DNA from: Raillietiella orientalis
Lineage: Eukaryota
DNA length: 64,000 bases
Direction: 5' to 3'
Assembly: GCA_036172245.1 (NCBI GenBank)
Contig: JAYWIR010000031.1
Span: forward strand, 1,240,001-1,304,000
Shown here in pieces: positions 1 through 11,882 of this stretch. How positions within the stretch are numbered: the stretch's first letter is position 1; every line of letters starts with the position of its first letter. The notes below the pieces were generated by a model. It had not been told where the DNA came from and did not search any database. It saw only the letters and a list, made by a program, of their open reading frames with translations. The position numbers and the translations under genes are program-made.

Positions 1-559
1 CAGTTGTTTTGGACACTAGTGATCAGATTGTGCTCGGCTGTCCATCAAATATTTCTTGAAGCACTCCTAGCAGTGAGAAAGTCTGAAACTGCCTTGCTGT
101 TGTAGCATAGGCAAAATAACTTTGATCTCCGTCGAGAGCAAAACAAGCGCTCAGGAGAAAAAACTTCGAGACGACTCGCATTCCGACAGATTTTCGGGCA
201 AGAAGATTGCTAAAGGGGTTCATTGCTGATGGAGTATGTATGATGAGATCCCCAGTGGCTTAGCAGGGCATAATCTTTCTTGTTTGTAAACGTGAAAGGG
301 ATGACCAAAAATTGCTTTCGTTTCAGAGAAAGCAATGGTCATTTACATAAAACATTCATAACTGATAAAGGGGAATGTACCACCAATAAATTAGCTGTGT
401 CCTCGTGTTGCTACGAAACATTCGGTAATCAACTAAGGTATTTACTGAGTACACTTTGATATTTACCAAGTGCCAACCCAAGAGGATAATCAAGCGATTA
501 ATGAAAGGAATGCATGAATATTCTTGATGTGATTCAGTCAATTGTCCTCCATGGAAAGG

Positions 560-1200
560 ACTGTGTTTCCAAGACGGCGATAATGATACTGAATTCCATT
601 AATGGACGTGGTGCGAGTCGTTCGGATCTCCACCGAAGTATCATTAATCGAATCAAAGATAGAGAGCACGGTGGGCTCAGTTTGAGTTGTTTCCCGATGC
701 AAAGCCTTCCTGCAAGAGGAAATGGTGCAGGTGAAAGCCCGAACATGAGAACAAAAAGTTTTTCAACTCCATGAATAAAAATCTAACAGTCTCGAATTCC
801 GATCGAGTTTTTTTCTTTCTTTCCAATTAAATTCCTTTGATTTTTCCGTAAAGTCGCAACCTTATTAATGAAGTGACGCACACAATGGAACATACATACA
901 TATGATTCAACTGGCTCTGCACAATTGGCAGCATCATCATTCAACAAGATCTGCTTATTCATCTGTGGTTTAAGTGTGCAACTCTCGTTTAGGGTCCACG
1001 ATATTCTGGCTCCTCCCACGTTGCAGGCAATCCAAACGTAGTTTTGAAAACAAGAAAAATCCAAAGTCAAAGACAGTATACAATCATTCAGCCAACAGTA
1101 GTAAATTCGGCACCAGGCATTTATATGTATATACAGAAAGCACGTTAGTTGACGACCTGAAAGCAGATGAAATTCGGAACAGGATCGGAGCAAGTGTGCA
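560..1200 (-). mobile_element. Possible pogo/Tigger-like (DDE_1) transposase relic, heavily degenerate
   Basis: Minus-strand translations give, in order, HINAWCRIYYCWLNDC (cf. KAWMT..IF.EWL), KQILLNDDA (cf. KILLLLDNA) and LSPPCSLSLIRLM (cf. LPPNTTSLIQPMD). By-eye similarity only. Confidence 0.3.
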
Positions 1201-1739
1201 CGTGAATTTGAGCCTCAAGATGCACTCAGATTGCACAAGCTGGTAAAGTTCTAACACGACTATTGTGCGTGTGATCCTCTGGAACAGAATTCAAGAAATG
1301 ATTTGCATTCTGTCATTCTCCAGATCGACGTTCTCCAACAAAAAGGTTTTTACTGTTTCTCAAGTGTTTCGTTTGTTCAAGCGATCATCCAAATCGGAAA
1401 AGGTCGAATCGGGCACAGGATGGCATTCGAAGTGAAAAATGAAGAACCGTTAGAAGCCAAAGAACTTTGAAGGGCACAGGTAGAGAATACCTATTCCTCC
1501 ATCAAGCAAACTGAGCGTCCATCTATCAAAACAGTGTCTCCACAAGTCACGTGAACAGATGCACTCTTTTGGTCCGAACTAGGATGCCGACGGAGTACAT
1601 CTGAAAGAGATAATTCAAATTCAAAAAAAAAAAAATAATAATCATAATCTTTGTTCACAGCGCGACGCGAAGTGTTTTGGAGTGTGAAATGGAACGAAAC
1701 CTTTCGCAGCAGTCAAATATTTTGGACGTCAAACCTTGC

Positions 1740-2870
1740 AGCCGCATAGTGTGGTCGACTTGCTTAAGTAAAAGCTTGAGGCTTCGAAGTCTCTCCCCAA
1801 GCCGGCAATGAAACTTTCGGTCTTTTCCCAAGACTGGAGACTCTAACTGACCCTAACGTTTCCTCTTTGGACGTCCTCAGCAGCGAATTCGCTCACGGGT
1901 CCAGATAGAGAACGGATAGAGCGTAGCGACACAAGGTGAACGTGTCATCTCGCTGCTTGCCTCATTCTGAAGGCCTCTTTCGATTTTATGCGCGCACTGC
2001 ATTTGAAAGTTGCACGATCCCTCGGACTGCTGCTGCTAATTTGAATTCCGTACTGCGACCCTTTCCGATGTGCCTGTGGTCACCTGGAATCCTACAGATG
2101 CTCGAAGCACCTCTCACCAAACTCGAATGTTCGAAAGATTTGCCTTTTGCAGAATCCACGCACACAGCACTCGTATCCTTCAAAGAGCCTCCATCCTGAG
2201 TTTTCCAAACTTGACATCAAAGATGTTTACATGGTACGTCCATGAATTTGAGTCCTAAGGATTTTTTTTTCATTTTCAGTGGGGCAAGAAACACCCGAGT
2301 TGAATCGGATCACGAATTTCGAAAACCTTAAGTGACCTTGTTGTTCTGAAATAATCAGTCAGCCTTGCAAGCAAAATTTGCTTTACCCGCAGATTTTTCT
2401 GCTTCCTTTTTTCGTTTCTTCCAATGACAAGCTGGCCTCGTACTTTGTTAACATGCAGACTTTTTCCTGTTTTTCTAAACGCACCTTACACTTTCATCCC
2501 AACCTTCCCCCACTGGCCATTTTCTTCCAAGGTATGATGAGCAGCCTCTGCAGTGCGTCGACACTCCCTGCTCACAAAGATCCTTGCAACAGCCGGAAGC
2601 AATTCTTCAAGTCCTGTCTTCATGATCCTATGTGAGAAACGTTTTAGATTCCAGCTGAGGGTTTTTAATCGAGCAAGACTTCGAATGACTCGGAAGCTTA
2701 TATGCACACCATTTAAGAGCTTTCCTGCTCTGGGGCATGCAGCAGCCATGGTGCTGGCCGAGGGTTCTCACCTCGTAAGAACATATGGCATGCACTCTCT
2801 GTTTGTGGAAACTGATCCTCTGATCACCATGCCCACTACACTTGGAAGATCCTTTCTTCAACTGCCAGGT
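1740..2870 (-). mobile_element. THAP + PIF/Harbinger-type (DDE_Tnp_4) transposase relic
   Basis: Ordered remnants on -: RISFHK...ALKWC (THAP-like, ORF 2628-2861); TSAVCVDS..SFEHSSL...HRHIGK..FKLAAAVRGIVQLS (cf. TRVIIDCTE..IERPSSL..YK.HNT.KFLVAI.P.G.I.FLS; ORF 1986-2183); EFAAEDVQ (cf. QLS.EEV). Multiple stops and frameshifts. Confidence 0.5.
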
Positions 2871-4079
2871 CCCCTTCCTTTTTTGAAATTACTCTCTGGG
2901 AATCGATTAGAAATCCACGGAAGTAGCGATGTTGATTCCGAAAGAACAGTAGCCGGTTCTGGGACGACAGTCCATTCAGAACGAAATGAGCAAAACGGAA
3001 GTGACGAAAGAATGAGTAGAAAGGCACATGATCATTAAACAGACACTTGACACCAGTCACTTTTTCGGGTTGGCCTCCCTTCTGGAGTTTCTCCTGTATC
3101 TGACATCGCTTACGGTTCCTAGCATCCTACATTTTCAAAAATCCATCACCCGAGAATCACCACCCTTCGGGTTCATAACGGGTGCTCTTCTTTCTTTCGG
3201 AACTTGAACACGTCAAGTAGGTCTCGTCCCCACCGATAACCGAATCCAGAAAAGAACTTTCCCTTTCAGTCCTGCAATCCACAGCTCATGCTTCGACGGC
3301 GGATCTACTGCAATTTACAATGGAAAAGCTGCCGTCGGAAACAACCATCAGCATCCTTGCGTGTGCACTGGACGATTGCTGTCTCCGAAATGGGAATGAA
3401 CTTTGCGTTAGAATCTGTAAAAAAAAAAAAAAAAATGCTGTGGAGCTATTGCAAGGTTTTTTTTTCTTTCCCTGCAAACTCAGCTTGCCTCCCCCCCCTT
3501 CCCCCCTCCACCCAGAAATATTCTCATGCTTCTATCTGATCCACTTGGGAAGATCTTTCAGAACTTGAAGCTATTGTCCCGTTGCCTTTTTATTTTTTCA
3601 AGGTGGTCTCATTCTGCCATGCTGCAAACGTAGACGGGTTTGCATGCATTTGCTGGTGTGTGGCAAATAGGCATGCTTCCACAAACAGGTGCTTCTGCCC
3701 GTTGGAAATGGAAAACAAAATGTACTTCTTTTGCAAGCAGCTGTTTACATGTGGAGAAAGCGTGTTTTGATGTTTTTGCTTTGTTTTCGGAAAGGAACCA
3801 TTTCATTCATCGAAATAACCTTTTTCGAATATCAATTCAACAAGGTGTTTCGTCACATTCTTTGTATGATAGTTTTCCTAATTGCCTTCATCACCAATTC
3901 TTAAAGCAAATGCTGTGATTTATCCCAAATTTCACTTCTAACAATTAATTTTGTAAGTGTTGGTTTCATTTGTGCCAACAATCTGTGAAAATAACTTTTC
4001 CAGAATGAGAAGAAAAAAAAATGCATTATTTGAATAAGCTTTTCTTTATTTTTCCGACTCTGGTATTCCCTTAGCTCTT

Positions 4080-5100
4080 AAAACCCTAAAAAGTATTCCT
4101 CCCTTGGGAGTGATTTAATTTCAAATTCAACCCATTTTCTTGGGGCACTCACCCACTCTCTTGTCTGTTTCCCTCAGAAATTAAGACATAGCAAAACGCC
4201 ACCTTTGTAGTGAATCAATAAAATAGAATAAATACCACTTGTTTATGTGAGCCTTTCCAGTTCATACACTTCTACCATGATTTCATTCAAAGGATTCTCT
4301 CCAATTCTACTTGGGTTCGTGATTCTTTAACTTATCTTTCTGGGATATTTGTTGGCTGAGAATACGGTTTCCTAAAGACTGTTTTGGATGGAAGATTCCT
4401 AATCTTTCCATATTCTAGGCGTAATTCGCTTGGAAATTTTACTTTTTGACACCCATATAAGAAAAATGTTCCTCCATTAAACATGTAATTTTCCAGGTTG
4501 AGTTGAAGAATGTTTAGAATTTCATCTGGTTTCGAAATTCAAAAGCATCTTCGAATTCCATTTTTGGCTTCCTTTCACAACTATCAGATATCTGCTTAGC
4601 CATGAAGGAGAGGGAAGAATTTATTATTCCTCCTATCCCAATCAATAGACCGCCTAAACTGAAAGCTGAGTATTTTGAAAAGGAAACCTTGTAAGAGAAA
4701 GGCTCCACAGCAAAATACAAGTCTCCACTATTTGGTGTCTCAAACAGCATAACTCAAACACTTTGGTCTTCATTTAATCTATAAGCACAAGAGAAAATTA
4801 AATCACACAATCTATAAGCCTTTTCCCCAAGTTGACCAAATGTTATGACTATTGTTTTTGAAACCATCAAATTCAAATTCCATAAGTTTTTGATGTGGCG
4901 TAGAGAGGTGGTTATATAGAGAGTAAATTGGATAAGCAAGAATTCGTTTAGGAGAACGTTCATTATGGGTATTAAAGGATATGATATGTGTGTGATAGGA
5001 TTTGTCTAGTAGATAAGAGAGTACAGGTAATGGTCTGGGCTCCTTGTCATGTGAGGATTAGAAAGGATAAAATTAATGGAGAGGGTTTTTTCTTAATGGG
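4080..5100 (+). mobile_element. I-clade (RNase H-bearing) non-LTR retrotransposon relic: RT thumb plus RNase H
   Basis: + frames give LGVI*FQIQPIFLGH (cf. LGV.LD.KL.F..H), RILSNSTWVRDSLTYL (cf. LS...WGAD...L) and KRVQVMVWAPCHVRI at about 5015-5060 (cf. RNase H WVPSHVGI). AT-rich with many stops. Confidence 0.55.
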
Positions 5101-6649
5101 TCATGATGGAAGGCAAGGCAATTTATAGAATGGGAGGATGCAATTACTAACACTTGCAAATAGATGTGTTTGCTTCACAACAGGGAGCTGCACAATTAGT
5201 AATCAAAGATTAGAAGTCTCTTTTCATCTGTATGAATTTGGATGATTCATACATGTGGCTTACTCTGATTCAGTTCCCTTATAAGGGGCTTTTGAACTGG
5301 TGAAATGAACACAAAAGCAAAACATTCAGTCCTCAAAGAACATAAAAATAAAAGTTATCTCTTCTTGGTGTCTGTTTTCAAAATTTTTGTTGACTTGAAC
5401 AACTTTTCTCAAATACAAACCTTTCTTTTGTTATTGTTTTCATTTGTTTAGTCATCCGCAGTCTCACTGAAATTCAGTGATCCACCTAACGATAATTTGC
5501 TCCTCACAGACAAATAATAAGCCCCAAAAGCATAGTAGACTGTGAAAGTTTGCATTTCGTCAAATTGAATAAACCCTTTCCTGCCTTTTAAATTTGTATT
5601 CTTCTTTAGTATCAAAATACTTTTTGTACTTATAAGGCCACAAAGAACTTAAACTACTAATTTCCAAATAAATTGACATTCCGTTGTATTGACAACCAAG
5701 TTTTTCGTTCAATAGCAAACAAGTAAAAGACTACAAGGCTTCCGAAACTAAATTTTGCCAGCATTTCTAGAGGGAACTGTTCCTCAAATTAACTGAACAG
5801 ATAAAATATTCAATGGCACGTCTGGGTTCGACGTGAAAACCTACATATTAATAAAGTAATACTCAATGAAACAAATGAATATTCTCAATAAAATAAACTT
5901 GTTTCCGCTATCAAATTCATGTCGATGAAGACTGCATTGGAACTTCATTAATACAGCTTACTGAAAAGCTTCACTTTACTAGGACTTTTGAAAGTTCACT
6001 ACAATGTATGCATACCATCTTCGGTTTGATTATTAATTAACCGGGACTTACGAATGCTGACATTTAGTAAACTGCTATTTTTATTATTGAAATCAACCAC
6101 TTGCTGATATGATAACGAGCTAAGCGTGTAACGACGGTTGTAACCATCCCACGACAACATATGACATCTGAACTACGCGGTCGCCATACTTACGTAGGAT
6201 TTCCGAAGTACCACATTAAACATTTACCCTACCTGAACAAAGTTGTAATCCCAAGGAATTGAGAGCAGATTTTCACTGTTGCAAAGACTAAACTACAGAC
6301 AACCATGATCCAGTCTGAAACGTTTTTAAATAGGAATGAGAGTTCTGAAACCTCCAGAGAAGATATGTCTTCAAGATATGGAGCACTACTATGTATATTG
6401 ATAAATCGGAATTTCAAAATCTTCATCTCTTACGGCATTTCCATGTATCTTCGAATCTGAGTGAAAACAAGATGTGCACTTTTCAAAGAACCTAAAAAGA
6501 AGTTGGAAATTTTCATTTTTTTTTGCAGAGATTCTTTTACTTTCGCATTTTATAGTTTAAGAAAGCGTGTAATGAGCTAGAAGTGGCTCATAATGCATTT
6601 TCTAGTTATTTTTTAAGGTAGCACTTGATAAAATCTTTTAGAACCTTGA

Positions 6650-7150
6650 TTTCCTCAGCCTATTGAATTTCCTAATAGCAGACCATGTACCCACGTTCTA
6701 ACTTGTTTGTAGCTTGTTCGCTTAATTACTTCTAGAGTTGAAATTTTTCGAAATTTCAGTGCAGATTTTCCCGAAGATTTCTAACGCATTCAGCTTGTGC
6801 CTTTAGGAATTTACGCTAAGCATCTCTGAATCGATTGCAAATTAGACTGCTGTTCCATAGTTGGATTAACTTTTCTTCATAGTTGCACTTCTATCCTTTC
6901 TACATTTCCATTGGTGTAATGACAAACGCCAATAGGTTAATCGTAATGCTTCATCAGCATTACATCCTGTCTTCTCAGTTACATTAAACTCGTGTCTTTA
7001 TGGCATAGTGCTTCTGTACCCACGTAAATACTGGACGAATTTTCGTGGAGCATGAAATGCTTGTTAATAACTGAATTAAGATCCTGTCAAAATCCTTTAT
7101 TTCACAGTGCAGTCTTTACTGCATACTCCCGGAACTTTAGAATTCATTTA
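6650..7150 (-). mobile_element. Possible CR1/L2-like LINE RT C-terminal relic
   Basis: Minus translation contains LQSIQRCL...LKFRKISTLEVIKR (cf. LE.VQR...RL..L.L.TLE.RR). Weak, by eye. Confidence 0.3.
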
Positions 7151-7204
7151 ATTAATGTTGATGAATTTCTCTTAAATAATGACTATGCGAAGTGATGTCT
7201 CAAT

Positions 7205-7255
7205 ACAAACTCCTAAGAAATCCATGCTTATAGCATGGATTCCTTAGGAGTTTGT
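7205..7255. repeat. Near-perfect inverted repeat (24-bp arms, 1 mismatch, 3-nt loop)
   Basis: ACAAACTCCTAAGAAATCCATGCT-TAT-AGCATGGATTCCTTAGGAGTTTGT read directly. Confidence 0.95.
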
Positions 7256-9899
7256 GAGTTTATTTGACTCGAAAGAGGCAAAAATCGCAGTTTTCTGCGG
7301 GACTTTCACAACTGCACCAAATGATTATTGTAAATCGGCTTCAAAAAAAACGAGTAATTTCAAAGGTTCTGGAGAAATTCTTTAAACTCAGAACCTAAAC
7401 ATGATCTCCCCTACAGATTACCAACACTTTCGTCATTATGTTGTATGCTCTCGTTCAATTTGTTGTCTCTTCCAATACTGGAAGATTCACTGTTCGAATG
7501 GTGACCATGACAATCAACTATTAATTAAGAAACCAGAGCTGTGAAACTTGAGACTTCATACATAGTGATACAAGAGCAGATACGAAATATTCCTCAGCTC
7601 AGTCTCCGTAGTTTTTTAGGTACTTTCTGAAAATTCCATCTTCGTTTCGGTTTTCCTTCGTTTGCAAGTCCATTCACTTGTTAGGTATGAAACAGTTTCG
7701 TCTTTTGGGACTCCACACTTTAAGGTGTACAGCGATAAGTGGATGAAGTTTCAAATACATGAATTACATATGTGACATGATGTTACCACTCTATCTTCAG
7801 AGCGTTAAAATTTCAGGGCACTTTAGAGCTCTAGTTATTAAGATGAATACATTCTAACTTGGAGAATTTGAAAATGATACTCAAGTGCTAAGAAAAGCAT
7901 TCCCTGTTAGAAGAAGGAAGCTCCTTTCCCTTGGTCCTTTTCGATTATCCCGGTTGGTCTCTTACTGGAGTCAAGCCGCATGCGATTTAAACATTCCGAA
8001 GAGCAGAAGAGATGGAAAACATTTTGCCTTCTAGCAAATCAGCTATTTTTTTTAAGAAAAAAAAAACACGAAGTTTTTCCTGACACTCACACTAAACGTA
8101 CCTCACCTAATAGTGTGATGACATGGTTAGATAGGTTAAAAAGCTGAAAAGATCCATAATAGTTTCAAAATCGATAGAGTTCGAGTAGAGGCCAGAAAAA
8201 ATGGTCGAACTGCTTGTATTCCTTGATCAAACACTTTAATGCAAGAGGCTGTAAACAAACTACGGTTGGAGAATTTGAAATAGATAAGATCCGAAAAAGC
8301 AAAAAGATTCGAAAAATTCAATGAGGAATATCGTGTAAGCAATATTACTTTGAAATAAACAGAACTCAGATATGTTTACAGTAGTGTATTCACCACTAGT
8401 GTATTCCCTAACTAGAGGATGTTGATTCAGATGAGAGAAGGGATTCCATCGGAGATTTAATCACCTTTTAAAAAAATCTGAAATTTTGTTTCAAAGAGTC
8501 ATTTAGTCTGTTGGTTTATAGCTTTTCTAGATCGTCATTTTCTGCTTCGATTCATTCTACCATTGGCCCAACCAATGAAACGAACAATCATATGATCATT
8601 ATGGAAAACATGTCTAATTTCATATTATGCCTCTTTAAGTTCTTAATTAGAAAAACAAGAGGTTTTTTCAGTTTACATGCGCAGATACATAGTTGTATCC
8701 CTAGAGGTGAAAGAAAATTTCTCAAGGTCAAAATCACTCTGACATCCAATTACATACTCGATTATCACACTTCATAAAAAGTACATCCCACTCTGTAGCA
8801 GAGCTTACACGTTGTAACACTATTAAATTACTGCAGCACTTTTCCGTTTTTCTTTTTGCACGCTGTCTCGAAAGGTGTCTCGAATCTCAGTTTGGATTGG
8901 AACAGTTTCCATTAAGAACATCCTATGCTTCCAAAACTGTGAATACCGTTAGTTGCTAAGAATGAATGTAGTACACGAGAACCCGGAAGTACAGCTTCGA
9001 AAGAGCTATCGCGATTCTCGAAAACCATCAAAGCTCCTGCCTTCGTCAATGCATTAACCTAAGTGTCGCTGGCAACCAGAAGAGAAAGCCATCTTCGCCT
9101 AAGAGTTCTTCGAAAAAAAACTACGCTCATCATAAGATGCTGTGTGGCGCCCAAGAGTAAAAGGGATGTGCGGTTTTAACAGTTCGTTTTTATTATGATG
9201 ATTTTCAGTTGTTGCTGAAGGCAGCTTATCTCTTCCTTGAGAGTATGCCATTGGCCCAGGATGGTGCTCTGGGATCATACTATGATAAGCATTGCACAGA
9301 ATTTATCTATGGTCAGCAAAGGAAATAAATCAGACGGTCGATTGGATGAAGCCAATTAGTCAATTTGATAAAGCATCTGGATACACCTTAAGAGCTCTTC
9401 TACAGCAATGGTATTCATGAGTTGTCACCGACGCTCTTTCGCAATGATTTAGAATTCTGATTTGGGGGGGGGGGGGGGACAATCATTAATTTTGGAACTG
9501 TGTACTGCACCTTACAAAATTGATTTGAACAGCATTTCCGATTTCCGACCTCAAAAAAATGGCATCCGAAGCAGCGTTGAATCTGATTCACAAAAGGAAT
9601 GCATCCCATGCATGTTCCTTTTAATTTTGAAATTTAAAAAATTCATTCCTCATGACAGATAGGAGGAAAATTATGCAATCTGTGGAGTTTTTCGATCGGT
9701 GGCTCCGTGTTTGTGTCAGCTGAGAGCTATTTTTAGGCATTACGTCACTCCCAAATCGCAGTCATTACTGGGTTTTAATCGCGAATCTGAAATTCGTTCA
9801 ATTTTGAAGACAGGAAGGAAAAAAAGGAAGGAAAAGAAGAAAAAAAAACACCACAAAACGCTCTGTGCCTCAGCAGACCAATTCCTGCAGACATATTTT

Positions 9900-10560
9900 T
9901 TGTATAATCGGAGTCGCTGTGACGCAGCGTCGATGAAGGCTGCTGAAGACCTTCGGCGGGTTCCATTTGCCAATGAAGAAATTGGTCTAGTGACCAACGC
10001 TGCTCCATTTCTCTGCTCCATAATTAACTCCCCTGGATCGACTTTTTTTTTTTTTTTTTCCAACCCAACGTACACATTCTGTAGAAACCCGATCAATGAA
10101 ACAAATCGCAGAAGAGACGAATCTTCAGAACACAGAATAAAACAAATCGCGGAAGAGGTGAATTTTGAAAAACGTATTCTGATCGCTAAATTCCCGGTGA
10201 GTTGGATTTTCACCTTTTGATCCTGAAGCAGATGAAAGTCCGCCAAAACAGGACCACGAAACATCCTGTGGCTGATTGCTCTTTTCCGAGTAAAGCAAAA
10301 ATGATGCTGTGTTTCCAAGCACGAGGACCATTTTCCAACGTGTTTCACAAAGGTAAGGAGCTGCCTGTCGATATAGCTGCCGGTTCCGACGGCGTTGTGC
10401 AATATTTCCAGTTCGCTGGAAATTCACCAAAGATGTGTTGCAAAATGAGATCAAATCGGATTCTTGCAGAATTATCCTTCAAGATTATCACCATCGCTCG
10501 GTACGCAACGAATTCCCTTCCAGCTTCCCTCTATGGCTGGAATTCGCATTTGGATTCGGA
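9900..10560 (-). mobile_element. IS630-Tc1-mariner (ITm) transposase relic
   Basis: VNFQRTGNIAQRRR (cf. KF..TGSV.DR.R); ORF 9740-10402 has IRIRFSKF...FILCSEDSSL....GFLQNVY (cf. RL.F...ILFSDE..F...G..N.QN.R.W). Interrupted by a T-run. Confidence 0.4.
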
Positions 10561-11289
10561 CCAACGAATCTCATAATCAACAAACAGTGGTTGAGAATTC
10601 GCTATTTCAAAAGTTGCGGCCATGAAAATGAGGAATAGAGTTAAAACGTGAATGCACTTTGCCTTAAATATCGAATTTGTAGTATAATTATGTGGTGGTT
10701 GTTACAATAATTGTGTTACAGTAGCTATGGAAAGATTCCAACCACCATCCATCCAGCCTTTCTACCCTCAATTTTTTTTTTTTTTTCTGTCTTCTCAATT
10801 TCTCCGGATCCCAGTTCCATAAGGCGACATAAAATGAAGGGACGGGAAACACTCAATGCTCCAAAGATCCTGCCGTGAATCGGGGAAGCTGAGTTACACA
10901 CAATTTGAGCTTCTGCATTGCCTAGAGAAACACCAAACAATTCTTGAGACATCGTGAAACCACTTGAGGAATCTGCGGTGCAGCAACCCATCTAAATAGG
11001 GAATTTTTGCAGTGTCCTCATCGGCAGGGTCCTTAAGGCAGACACGTCATTCAGTAGAACTCATAGAAAGAATCATCGCGTTCAAGCTTGTTAGGGGATG
11101 AACCCCCAACAACGATGGGGCGGATGGAACACGGGAATGGTGTTTCGTACGTGGGAAACGTTCAGGCGGCTGACAGATTCTTCCGTACCTGAAGTTCAAT
11201 CATTACTGGCAATTTCCACGCGCCATTGATTTCCCACACAAGGCTAACATCCAAGGATGCTTAGCAAGAGTGCAATTTCATCGGTTCCC

Positions 11290-11322
11290 TATAAAATCAG
11301 GTCTCTGCAGCAGACATTCATT
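11290..11322 (+). promoter_or_regulatory. Core promoter: TATA box plus arthropod-type initiator
   Basis: TATAAAA at 11290-11296 and TCATT at 11318-11322 (Inr A 30 nt downstream of the TATA start), 56 nt upstream of the ATG at 11376. Confidence 0.85.
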
Positions 11323-11375
11323 CTGCAGTACAGATCTAACTGGTCGAGTACTAGAAAACAAGATCCATCAACAAG

Positions 11376-11868
11376 ATGAATACCACCGCCGCAGTTTTGT
11401 CGGTAAGAATGTTGCGATAGATCTGGTTAGAACACTGTTCATCCAATCCCCAGCTATTTCTGGTGTGCTACCTTTCATTCAGTGCCACCACCGCCATGGA
11501 AACATCCAGTGATATAGACAATAAGAAAAGTGGTGACCAGGAAACGTCTGCCACTGGATACTATGGTGACGAAAGAGGAAGCATGGTCTCGAGAAGCTAA
11601 ACTTATTATCCTAGGTTACCCGCATGGATATGGTGGATACGGTGGATATGGTGGATACGGTGGATACGGTGGACATGGCTACGGTCATGGACATTATGGC
11701 GGCTATTATCCTCGCTATCACGGACACGGGTATAGGCATGGACATGGCTACGGTGGATATGGACATGGCTACGGCGGTTATGGACATGGCTATGGTGGAT
11801 ATGGACACGGACATGGATATGGTGGATATGGTCACCCTCATTATGGAGGCTACGGCTATCATGGCTAA
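11376..11868 (+). CDS. Secreted Gly/Tyr/His-rich protein, 130 aa; exons 11376-11402, 11454-11565, 11615-11868
   Basis: Spliced frame MNTTAAVLS|LFLVCYLSFSATTAMETSSDIDNKKSGDQETSATGYYG|YPHGYGGYGGY...GYGYHG*. Introns are GTAAGA..CAG (51 nt, phase 0) and GTGACG..CTAA..TAG (49 nt, phase 1). Hydrophobic signal-like N-terminus, GGY/GHG repeats, upstream TATA/Inr, downstream AATAAA. Confidence 0.9.
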
Positions 11869-11876
11869 TTTTCTGA

Positions 11877-11882
11877 AATAAA
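11877..11882 (+). terminator. Polyadenylation signal of the Gly/Tyr/His-rich gene
   Basis: AATAAA 8 nt after the stop codon. Confidence 0.65.

Noticed and set aside
11530..11881. ORF-track proteins starting at 11530 (MVTRKR...), the Met/Asp-rich frame at 11624 and the antisense Ser/Thr/Ile frame
   Set aside because: The 11530 start reads through intron 2; the others are alternative frames of the GGY repeat. The spliced model explains the signal peptide, TATA and Inr.
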